Below are positions 10,933-23,600 of a stretch of DNA of 64,000 nt, one piece after another. A program made the translations under genes and the position numbers. The notes below the pieces were generated by a model. It made no database searches. It saw nothing but the letters and a program-made list of their open reading frames with translations, and was not told the DNA's origin. This DNA is from Haliotis rufescens (lineage: Eukaryota), in assembly GCF_023055435.1 (NCBI RefSeq), contig NW_025964035.1, positions 868,001 to 932,000 on the forward strand, read 5' to 3'. Every line of letters begins with the position of its first letter. The stretch's first letter is position 1.

Positions 10933-13900
10933 TTAGAGGAGGCTAAGTAAGAATGGATCTGGTCCCATGGCATGGTTAGGATCAACCATTTGATATGTAG
11001 AATGATGTGATTCAAATCCAACGCCTATCCCTTGATTTGCACCCAACCCTACATCAGGGCCGTGAAAAGAACCCATATTAGGTGCATGAATGTCCCTCCA
11101 TGGGTTTCCAAAACCCACATCCGGGCCAGGGAACGGAGCTGCGTTTCCAAAACCCATATCAGTTGCATGTCTGTCCCTCATTTGGTGTCCCAAACCCATC
11201 TCAGCACCGTGGAACGGACCTGGGTGTCCAAATCCAACATCGGTAGCCATACCCATATCAGGGCCTTGAAGCCGACCTACGTCTCTGAAACCCGTATGAG
11301 TAGCATGGCGATCTGCCATTGGGTGACCAGAACGTGTGTCCATTCCTGCTCCTTGTCTGGAATGTAATGTATCAATAGGTCCTGTACCCATCCCAAGAGC
11401 AGCATCGGCGTGTCCTACACCTGTATCTACAACACCACCAGATGCCTTGTCTGGCCCTAAAGTCTGAAAAGGACGTCCACCCCCTAGCCTCTGAACAGCA
11501 ATTTGAATATCCTGTATGTTACTTTGACCCTGGTTAGCCGTCAGCATGTCCATGGCGGCCTTGTTCTCTGACGCAAATTGAGATCTTGAGGCAGCATCAA
11601 GTCTGAGGTTTCCACCATGCGTGTTAAGACCACTACTATGTCCCTTCTCCATTAATTTATCATTTGCACCTAGCGACTGCGTTATTCTCAGCCTACCCCC
11701 AAACCTGTCAATGTGTGGATCCCTAACGGGACTATTGATGTCCGCAGCACTGATCACTATGGGGAGTCGGAATTTAGTGAGAAGCTCCGCATCAGTAATC
11801 CGACCCCCATCTACTATGTCAGTGACATTCTGTTTACCACTGGTAAACGTAGAACCAGAACGACTATCAAGTCCTTTAGCTTTGTTTAACACGTCCCCAA
11901 CACCGCCTGAAGAACTGTTCTCTGTCAGCATGTCAGGAGACATCACTGATAAGTCTGTGTGTTGTGCATCACTGCCAAGGGCATTGTTCGACAAACTTCT
12001 ACCTTGCTCTGATTGTCTGGTGGGGTCATTTTGACCACCATCCTGTAAAGTATTCCTCAGTGGAACCGAGTCTGCATGGAGATCCTTATTAGAAACTTGG
12101 CCCATAAGCGTGTCTCTGCCACTAACACTTCCCGTGATACTGTCATTAAGACGGTTATTGTTTAATCCCAACTTGGTCACATCTCCAGTGGACTTAGTTG
12201 TTTGAGTCATATCGCTGCCTGTTCTCCCAAGTATTCCATTCTTTAGTGATGTGCCATCATGTGATAATTCCTGGGACAAAGATAATGACCCTTGAGCACT
12301 TCTGCCCATATTTGGTAAAAGGACATCCTTTGCTGGCTGCGTACTCTCTTCATTACCCGTAATTCTGTTCTGGTTTAAATGAAGATCTGTTTTACGGTGA
12401 AAGAAGTTCTTATCAGAAAGAGTCGTTCCTTGTGTCAAAGAATTGCTCCCTACTGTACCAACCTTGGGATCTTTTTGTGTGTCAAATGTCGATAAGGTCT
12501 GTTTTTCCCTCAACAGAGCATCAGGTGATTTTCCCCCGAGGCCAACAGGCGATGTCATTGCAAATTTGGCACCGTTGTTCCCGGTAAGTTTTAGATCCCT
12601 TACCTCTGCGACACCCGGTGTTTCATGGACAGAATTGATCGTGGGTCTCTTTGAAAATATTTTTGTAGTGCTACCAACAGCCGAACTCACAAATCTAGCT
12701 TGATCATTAAAATGAGAGTTCATTCTTGAAGGTGAATGCGTCCCCCATCCGCGTGTGTCTACCCGGGATATCTGTGCCATTCTACTCCTTGGGAAAGATG
12801 GCGACATACTCTGGTGGGAAAAGCTTGACATCCGGTCAGAGGACCTAGGTGAATCCGAAGACATCCTTTGGGAACTATGGTCAAATGATGAGCCAGTGCC
12901 CACAAGTTGATGTCGATCTATGGCCTGCATTGATCTACGAGAGCTACCTGACGTTTCTCCTCGCATAGCGTGAGAATTGAAGTGAGAGTTGGATCTGTCT
13001 GTCATTCTCCAGTTAGGATGTGTCATCATGTCAGAGGAATGAGACATTGTTCTAGACGAACGGGGATTCTCTGAAAATAATGATGCCTCTCTGGAAGGGT
13101 GTGACATCCTTCTGTCTGACATCAGCCCTACATCCCTGAAATCCCTTCTACCACTCTGCAACCGTGCGTTGGCAAAATCCTGGCTCAGTCCACCAGGTTG
13201 TTGGGACATACCTGAGGATACTCTTGTAGGCGTCATCTGATTTGCAGATTGTTTCCTGTCAAATGTAAATCCAGCATGATCAGAGGCAAACTGTGATTGG
13301 CGACTTGTAGCTAGCTGTGTTGCGGACTGAGACAACATTCGTTGTGTTTGACCAAGTTGACTTCCAGCAGGGTCGCCCATTAGGTGAGTACCACCTGAGG
13401 CCTGCATTGCATTAGTTCCAGTACCAGAACCTGAAATCGCTTGACTACTAGCCAGATTAGGTGTCGGAACACCATCCCTTAATATGGCTCTTTGAAACTG
13501 GTTATCAGCAGGCCTGGTCGGAGACGTTCCAAGATCAGTTGATGCCATATTTCCAGCTGAGAAGCGCGCAGTGTCTTGCAATAAGGGATTCGTACCAGTG
13601 CCGGGCATGGACTGACCATGCCCACTGGAACCTCCTAGAAAGGCTCCTGTTTGATCGGCATTAGCAAAGCCTGATTGTTGACCAGAGGAGCCTCTGAGTT
13701 GAGTGTCGGCAATAGAAGAGGATAGGTGACGAGATGACTGCTCCATTCCTGTGATGTGGTTAGTAGGATTAGTCCTGCTCAGTGGATGTTCTCGGAAGCC
13801 AGTACCCATGTCCATCTGTGACGGCGGTCCTCTGTGTGTCAGTCCCATTCTCCTCCGCTCATGCAGTGCCATCTGGTGAGATGTGTGAAGGCCACGCCCA

Positions 13901-14603
13901 CGGTCATGTGAGGATGTTGATCGAGGAGCCACATCGGCAGGGTAGGGTTCAGTTCCCATTCCACTCCGCCCTGGATAATGTCCGCCAAGACCTTGATCAA
14001 ATGCTCCAGGACCAGGGTCGTAAGGTCCAGGTCCACCCACAGACGGATCATAGGGTCCAGACCCTGCCATAGTTTGATCATAGGGCCCTGCTCCCCCGCC
14101 AAGCCTGGGATCATAAGGACCAGGTGGTCCCATACTTGGATCATAAGGACCAGCAGCTCCCATGCTTGGATCATAAGGACCGACTGGTCCCATGCTTGGA
14201 TCATAAGGACCGGATGTCCCCATACTTGGATCATAAGGACCGGGTCTTCCCATACCTGGATCATAAGGTCCGCCTCTTCCCATACTTGGATCATAAGGTC
14301 CAGCACCTCTGGCTGGATCATATGGTCCCGGACCCATGCTGCCCATGCCGCCCATTCCGGGATCTACACTGCCAACTGTACCCATCCCTGGATCGTAAGG
14401 TCCTCTGCTCCTTAGCGGATCATAAGGACCTGGACCAGCCATAGTATTGCCATAGGGGTCAACTGCTCCCATTCTAGGATCATAGGTCGGGGCCTGGTGC
14501 CTGGGGAACATATGAGAAGCAGTCATTGGTTCAGTCAGAGCCGGTGTCAGTGATGCTGGAGCCATGCCAGGCGGAGGCTGAGCCCACATACCAGTAGTAG
14601 CAT
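10933..14603 (-). CDS. Gene B terminal exon (1222 full sense codons): GPYDPSMG repeats, Ser/Arg/Met/His-rich middle, Gly/His/Phe/Met C-terminal repeats
   Basis: 3.66-kb uninterrupted ORF (10933..14589) extended to acceptor cctattgttttacag at 14604; TAA stop at 10933-10935; AATAAA ~210 nt downstream. Confidence 0.92.
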
Positions 14604-17600
14604 CTGTAAAACAATAGGGTATATCTCAAACGATATGCGTATCTTTGATTGAGTATATGTTAATATTTCAAAGAAAAACCTAGCACTGTTTGATTTGATT
14701 TTCGAACAAAAGTGTTGAAGTATTGAAACTTTTTCATCCTGCTGGACGAAATAATAGAGCAAAGAGTTAATTAGATCAATTTAACTAGTGACGCTATAAC
14801 TGATAACTACACATTATACACGTCGTGCACTTAGCTTCAAATTGATACTGATACATAGGGTTCAGGTTCATATATAACGCGGAGGTTCATACATAGAGTG
14901 GAGGTTCATACATAGAGTGGAGGTTCCTACATACAGAAGGGTTCATACATAGAGTACAGGTTCATACATAGAGTGGAGGTTCATACACAGAGTGGAGGTT
15001 CATACATAGAGTAGAGGTTCATACATAGAGCGGAGGTTCATACATAGAGTGGAGGTTCATACATAGAGTGGAGGTTCATACATAGAGTTGAGGTTCATAC
15101 ATAGAGTAGAGGTTCATACATAGAGTGGAGGTTCATACATATAGGGGAGGTTCATACATACAGAGGAGGTTCATACATGCAGTGGAGCTTCATACATAGA
15201 GCGGAGGTTCATACATAGAGCGGAGGTTCATACATAGAGCGGAGGTTCATACATAGAGCGGAGGTTCATACATAGAGTGGATGTTCATACATAGAGTGGA
15301 GGTTCATACATAGAGCGGAGGTTCATACATGGAGTGGAGGTTCACACATAGAGTGGAGGTTCACACATAGAGTGGAGGTTCATACATACAGAGGAGGTTC
15401 ATACATGGAGAGGAGGTTCATACATAGAGTGGAGGTTCATACATAGAGCGGAGGTTCATACATAGAGCGGAGGTTCATACATAGAGTGGAGGTTCACACA
15501 TAGATTTGAGGTTCATACATAGAGTGGATGATCATACATAGAGCGGATGTTCATTCATAGAGCGGGGGTTCATACATAGAGTGGAGGTTCACACATAGAG
15601 TGGAGGTTCATACATACAGAGGAGGTTCATACATGGAGTGGAGGTTCATACATAGAGCGGAGGTTCATACATAGAGCGGAGGTTCATACATAGAGCGGAG
15701 GTTCATACATAGAGTGGAGGTTCACACATAGAGTGGAGGATCATACATAGAGCGGAGGTTCATACATAGAGTGGATGTTCATACATAGAGCGGGGGTTCA
15801 TACATAGAGTGGAGGTTCATACATAGAGTGGATGTTCATACATAGAGCGGAGGTTCACACATAGAGCGGAGGTTCATACATAGAGTGGAGGTTCACACAT
15901 AGATTGGAGGTTCATACATAGAGTGGATGTTCATACATAGAGCGGGGTTCATACATAGAGTGGAGGTTCATACATAGAGCGGAGGTTCACACATAGAGCG
16001 GAGGTTCAGACATAGAGTGGATGTTCATACATAGAGCGGAGGTTCATACATAGAGCGGAGGTTCACACATAGAGTGGAGGTTCAGACATAGAGTTGATGT
16101 TCATACATAGAGCGGGGTTCATACATAGAGTGGATGTTCATACATAGAGCGGAGGTTCACACATAGAGCGGAGGTTCATACATAGAGTGGAGGTTCACAC
16201 ATAGATTGGAGGTTCATACATAGAGTGGATGTTCATACATAGAGCGGGGTTCATACATAGAGTGGAGGTTCATACATAGAGCGGAGGTTCACACATAGAG
16301 CGGAGGTTCAGACATAGAGTGGATGTTCATACATAGAGCGGAGGTTCATACATAGAGCGGAGGTTCACACATAGAGTGGAGGTTCAGACATAGAGTTGAT
16401 GTTCATACATAGAGCGGGGTTCATACATAGAGAGGATGTTCATACATAGAGCGGAGGTTCACACATAGAGCGGAGGTTCATACATAGAGTGGATGTTCAT
16501 ACATAGAGTGGAGGTTCATACATAGAGCGGAGGTTCATACATAGAGCGGAGGTTCACACATAGAGTGGAGGTTCATACATGGAGTGGAGGATCATACATA
16601 GAGTGGAGGTTCATACATAGAGTGGAGGTTCACACATAGAGCGGAGGTTCATACATAGAGTAGAGGTTCATACATAGAGTGGATGTTCATACATAGAGCG
16701 GGGGTTCATACATAGAGCGGATGTTCATACATAGAGCGGGGGTTCATACATAGAGTGGAGGTTCATACATCGAGCAGAGGTTTCTACATTGAATGTAGCT
16801 CGCAATGTGACGTTCATACACCTATTGAAGGGCGAGGTGGAAAAGCCGTACTTCGTATATTCATGATATTTTAGAATTATTCGCGTGTCAATACATACCG
16901 AAGCATGGTATCCTGCAGCCAGCTGGGGGAAATAAGAAAAATTTGGTAAACAACATATGAAATGGATCTGTATGTACATACCTAGTCCTAGGTTCACACT
17001 GATTATGTCAACACACACGTGAGATTAAAACACATGTTGCAATGTCTCGTAGTAGGAGCCGAGCATCAATCATTCCTGCTTACTTGAAGGTATGTATGGG
17101 TATGTTTGTGTGTGTGCGTGTGTGTATGTGTGTGTGTGTGTGTGTGTTTATGTGTATGCTTNNNNNNNNNNNNNNNNNNNNNNNNNNNNNNNNNNNNNNN
17201 NNNNNNNNNNNNNNNNNNNNNNNNNNNNNNNNNNNNNNNNNNNNNNNNNNNNNNNNNNNNNNNNNNNNNNNNNNNNNNNNNNNNNNNNNNNNNNNNNNNN
17301 NNNNNNNNNNNNNNNNNNNNNNNNNNNNNNNNNNNNNNNNNNNNNNNNNNNNNNNNNNNNNNNNNNNNNNNNNNNNNNNNNNNNNNNNNNNNNNNNNNNN
17401 NNNNNNNNNNNNNNNNNNNNNNNNNNNNNNNNNNNNNNNNNNNNNNNNNNNNNNNNNNNNNNNNNNNNNNNNNNNNNNNNNNNNNNNNNNNNNNNNNNNN
17501 NNNNNNNNNNNNNNNNNNNNNNNNNGTGTATCGTTTAAATTTTGCACTTAACGTAGATTTTTTTAAACCAACCACATTTGTTTGCAAGACATGCAGGATA

Positions 17601-20600
17601 TCCTGACAAAACGTGTTGTCACAAGAAAAAACCTGTTTGGCTCCTCCTCTGACAACAATTGTTAAACATTGGATGCTGAACCCAAGTCACGCACTCACTC
17701 TTTATTTGCACATACGAGTAGGTGAAGATACTGGCATCTTTAGTGAACCCACATTCAGGAAGAACTACCACCAAACGCTCTGGCCTTCATGAATTATTAT
17801 GTATTGCTTATAAGAGTAATTATTTTTGTATAGTGTGACAGTCAATATTTTGTATTGTGTATGACAGTAATTATTTATTTATTGCGAGTAAGATTTATCA
17901 TTTGTGTATTGCGTGTGACAGTAATTATTATGTATTGTATGTGACAGAAATTTTGTATTTCGAGTAAGAGTAACTATTTATGCATTGTGTTTGAGAGTAA
18001 TTATTCATGTATTGGGTGACAGTTACTCTTTATATATTGCATGTGAGAGTGATTATTTATGTATTGCATGGAAGAGCAATTATTTATGTATTGTGTGTGA
18101 CAGTAACTCTTTATATATTGCAAAAGAGAGTGATTATTTATGTATTGCGTGAAAGAGAAATTATTTATGTATCGTGTGTGAAAAGTAATTATTTATGTAT
18201 TGTGTGTGAGATTAATTCTTTATATATTGCGTGTGAGAGTAACTATTTACGTATTGCGTGTGAGATTAATCATTTATGTATTGTGTGTGACAGTTTCACT
18301 TAATATGTTGCTTGTGAGAGTAACTATTTATGTATTGCGTGTGAAAGTAATCATTTATGTATTGTGTGTGACAGGAACTCTTTATATATTGCTTTTTAGA
18401 GTAATTATTCATGTATAGCGTGTGACAGTAATTATTCATGCAATGTGTGTGACAATAATTTTTTTATATATTGCTTGTGGTAGTAACTATTTATGTATTG
18501 CGTGGAAAAGTAATTATTTATGCATTGCGCGGAAGAGTAATTATTTATGTATATTCATGGAAGAGTAATTATTTTTGCATTGTGTGACAGTCATAATTTA
18601 TGCATTGCGTGGAAGAGTAATTATTTTGTGCCAGTCATTATTTATGTATTGCGTGGAAGAGTAATTATATTTTGTATTGTGACAGTAATAATTGATGTAA
18701 TGCGTTGAAGAGTAATTAGAGTAATTATTTATGTATGGTGTGGAAAAGTAATTATTTATGTATTGCGAAAAAGAGTACTCATTTATGTATTACGTGTAAG
18801 AGTTATCATATTCTATCTGAAAGGGAACCTTCTCGCACATTTCGTGTCTGTTTGTGTGTTTTCTTTACATTACGAGCAACGTAATATGGGGTACAATGGC
18901 ACACAATCAGCCAAGTCACCGAATTTGACCAGCTGATCCAGTGCAGTGGCCTGTTTACGACAGGTAAAAGAGAGCTGGGACCTATTATTAACATGGCTCC
19001 ACGAGACAGCTCCCCAGTCGTTAGTTAACGTCGTCTAGCGAACATAAAATCACTTACCATCGGCTACTCGATCAGCGACTGCAGTAGCTGAAATGACATC
19101 ACAATATGATTATAGCGTTATCAAAATAACGTTATCTCCAGGAATAACGACTTCTTCAACAGCATGAAGACGTAATTGTCCAATTAGAATGGAGGCTGCT
19201 CAGAACCAATAAAATATCAATATAATTATTCCTACGTTTATGAATTTACTTTATATAGCTCGATGAACGTTTCAATACAAATGCATGACAATATCAATAT
19301 ATATATATGTTGAAAACATCAACGGATATTAATCAATGTATGGCTGTATGTTTATTTACCGAGTTCGGCATTCATGACCTTCATTTTTCCAGCCTTCTTC
19401 TTGGCGTTTCGTATAAAACCTGCACAAGAGGAAAATAATATGAAATAGGTGCATACATGTATTTAAACAATACACTCATACCTTTAGTTTAACAACACAC
19501 TTATACCAGTAGTTTAACAACATCCGTATACCTGAACTTTAACAACACATTTATATATGTAGTTTAAGAACACACTGATACCTGTAGTTTAACAATACAC
19601 TCATACCTTTAGTTTAAGAACACACCCATACCTGTAGTTTAACAACACATTTATACCTGTAGCTTAAGAGCACACTCATACATTTAGTTTAAGAACACAT
19701 TCATACCTGGAGTTTAACAATACATTTATATCTGTAGTTTAAGAACACACTCATACCTGGAGTTTAACAACACATTTATATCTGTAGTTTAAGAACACAC
19801 TCATACCTGGAGTTTAACAACATACTTATACCTGAAGTTTAAGAACACACTCATACCCGTAGTTTAACAACACACTTATACCTGAAGTTATAATATTCGT
19901 TATAACATCGCACAGTGGCACGTAACTGACAGTGGTATATTTAGTTGCCGTTTGCGGTATCATATCAAATAAGCAGAACATTTTGGGCGATGCATCAGCC
20001 CAGATATGTCACCGTACACGGCGACTAAAGACACCATAACGAACTGTCTGGTAACCATATCGTACAACCGTTGACATTAAGGGTCAAAGGGAGACTACTC
20101 TTCAATCCTTAAAGGCCAAATCTTGTTGAAAATTGTAACTATTATCTTTAACAATAAAGTTACGTGATCTCAGAAATGATTAATGTCCTTGCACATAACA
20201 ATTAATGATATAAAAACACAAAACAGTGTCGAATAAGGAATTTATGTACCAGAAGTTTCATGTGAAATATGTGAGGTGTGTGTTGGAAAATCCAAGATGG
20301 CTGTTGGTATACGGTCTAATATTAGTAACAACCATCTTGCATATTTACTGACGATTTTGGGGCTCATGTGGGGTCAGTAGTTCTGCTCACTGATTGGTCA
20401 ATTTCACTTTAAGGCATAATAAACAATATAAACTGACATTTGTACTTAATAATTGGGATTATTTTCCAACTGTAACTCACGTGACACAACACAACCTGAT
20501 GCAGGTCGTGAACCTTATGGCGTGTCCCTTTGGTATGATTGTGCACCTAGTTCTGTAAAACACCGACTAACAGAACTTCTTTGAGAGGCATTTAGATTTT

Positions 20601-23600
20601 TGTTTGTTTGTTGTTTAACGCCGCACTCAGCAATATTCCAACTATATGAAGGCGGTCTGTAAATAATCGAGTCTGGACCAGACAATCCAGTGATTGATAT
20701 CATAAGCATCGACCCACGCTATTGGAATACGGTGACACACTGAGGCATTTAGAAGTTAGAGTACTAAGTAAGGATATGATATATTGATGAACAACTTCTT
20801 TATCACAATTAGCAGCGACGTTTCGGTGAAGGTTCTGACACTGTTACCAAGCAAGTGGTGTCCAGAGTATGGTTAACAAGTTCTTATAACAGGCCAACAT
20901 TGACTTAGTTTTCAAGCGAAGTAACAGCATTCAGAACACCATTAATGCAACAGGAACACCACTATTCATCCACAAGCAAGACCTATCAGGAGCAGTGTAC
21001 CACATTCCTCGCAATTGTGGACAGGTGAGGTGAGGTGAAATGGGGTTTAACGTCGCGTCCAAGATTATTGCACTTATATAGCGACGTGCATGCACGCGTG
21101 TGTGTGTGTGTGGCTGCTTGTACTAGTCCGGACTGATGCCAATTTATAGTGCTAGCACACTGAGATACCATGCCGCAGTTTAACATAAATACCCCACTCA
21201 GACACAGTATACTGACTGCGAGCCGACCAGTTCTTGTTTTAGCCCCTTAATGCCGAGCGCCAGGCAGGGTAACAACAAGTACCATCTTTTAACGTCTTTT
21301 TGGTATGACGCGGCCGGGGATCAAACCCCGGGCCTTCCGCTCTACCACTAGACCACGGAGGCGGTCTAATTTTGGACAGGCTGATATTGGCGAAACATCA
21401 AGGCTCCTCAAAACACGAAATAAAGAACATCAAAATTGACTCAACGTCAGCTCTATCAGACCATATCCGTGGCAACCCAAGCTACAACGTCCCGTGAGCG
21501 AGACAGATTGCGATTACAATTATCGGGAGACGACCCCTTTAATGCTGCACACCGTTGTGTAGCACGTGCAGTACGTGTTTGCGCTGTTCCTCCTACGTTG
21601 CAGTGGTATGCAACGGAAAAAGCCGAGTGGAACTGAATGTAGATCGGTACTGAGAACAGACATTGACCTCCGTGTGATCTGATTGTACTTACATGCAATG
21701 TTACCCCCGCCGGTCGAAGGAACTGAAATATATACAGGAAAAATGAAGGCCAAGAAAATTTGTTTCCGGCAAAATAAGACCTTCATGAACATGAGTCATC
21801 GGTAATAGTTGTAAGAAAAGTTGGGTTTGCGATTTTCATACGGACGTAGAATAATTTCGCTCTGATTCTCAAGACTCAAGAATGTGGTTTGTATTGAATT
21901 AAAACATACTTAATCACACACCCATTGGTTCAAATAATACCTATGAAATTTAAGTAGCATGTGTTGTTGCAATGTGTCATATCGTGATATGATCAATCAG
22001 AACATGAAGATATTTACCTTTGCGTTTGAGTATGTGATCGTAAATGATGTACATTGCTTACATTTCGATGATCGCCCCTTTTTAACCTTACGTTCAGAAA
22101 TAGAAACACTTACTTTCTCCTCCGCCTGAAACATAAATGAGTTGATGTTGTATTGTTCATAACAATCAGTACCGTCATAGTTATAGTTATCATCATCATC
22201 ATCATCATCATTACCAGTTAGTGTCGTAGCATGATGCAATTTTCATTTCTGATCTCTGCAGTATGATATTGCTTCCGTTCTTTGAATGTCGTAACTCTAA
22301 TTACAACTCATAAGATATTTAAAATAGAAATCGAACTGAACTTGCTCTAAACATATACCTTAACTGCCGAGTAAAGAGAGTATACAATTGGAGTGAGTGA
22401 GTTGGGTTTAACGCCGCTCTTAACAGTATTCCAGCTATAGCGCGGCGTGTCAATTTAATGTGGGAGGAAAGCCCGAAGTGATGCAGGTCTGAGACGTTTA
22501 CCACTTCGGTGAAACCCATGAGCATCGGTGTGGTGCTGACAAACCTTGAAACATAATCGGGGCGAACCGGGATTCGAACCCACAATCATTAGTTTCTGGC
22601 GTGCCCAAGGGACGCAACTCTGTATTGTTTGTTTGTTTCAGTTGTGTATACTTTCTTTTGTACCACACTGTACACCCACCGTTAAGGAAGCTTGTGATAG
22701 CCAACTGCACCTTGTCAGCTGAAACAGCAAACATCAGAAGATATATTTCCAGCCCACTATTTGCTTAATGACAAGCACTGCAGGTTGAAAAGTCAACATT
22801 AGTTTGAAAAATTCTAACTTACTGTGACAACATGCATTGTATGAAATACGTCCCTTAAAGACTTCAATTAAACATTTAAGAATATTATGCCATCCTGCTG
22901 CAGTGACAATGCTAAATGTTAGTATGTGTTCAGACACGAAGTGCCAGGATTTGTTTATTTGATTATTTGGATAAGCTTTATTTAACTCTGTCCGTTTTTT
23001 TCTACATACTGTAAACTACGGTTATCATGAACTCAAAGGGACCACTAATTTTAGTTCGTTATAACTGCAGTTCGTTATAAGCATATATACAGCATATATA
23101 CACCAAATGGCCGGGCCAAAAATAAACAGTTCGTTATATCCGTCTCTTAAAAGCTTCGACATAAGCGTGTTCGTTATAAACGACATGAACACAACTTCAG
23201 TGGACTAGTCAACTTGGAAGCCCTCTATTTGTATTGTTAATCGTGGCTGCTACATGCATGTAATATAGATTTGTATCATCAGCTTTGGTACCACATCGGT
23301 TCAGTGCTTATGTACTTACCCATCATTTCTTTGGGGCTTGTATTTGCTGTAACATATATATGAACATTAATTCATTGTAAGTTTAGTGATGAATGAGACA
23401 GAAAAACTATTGAATATTTCTGTCAACGCTAAGGTGACAATTTGAAGAAAAGAATATTCCAAAATATTAATTGGTCAGTTGTTATCAAACGCAGTTCGTT
23501 GTGCAGAGATGCGCCTATAATATTGACAGCATGCAATGATTGTTGATTCGAATCCAATGACACCATAACTATGAAACTTGTTCTATTGTACTACATGCAA

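Noticed and set aside
20481-20495. Extra 15-nt phase-1 exon for gene B (adds CVVSR)
   Set aside because: Good donor but weak pyrimidine tract; left out pending RNA evidence.
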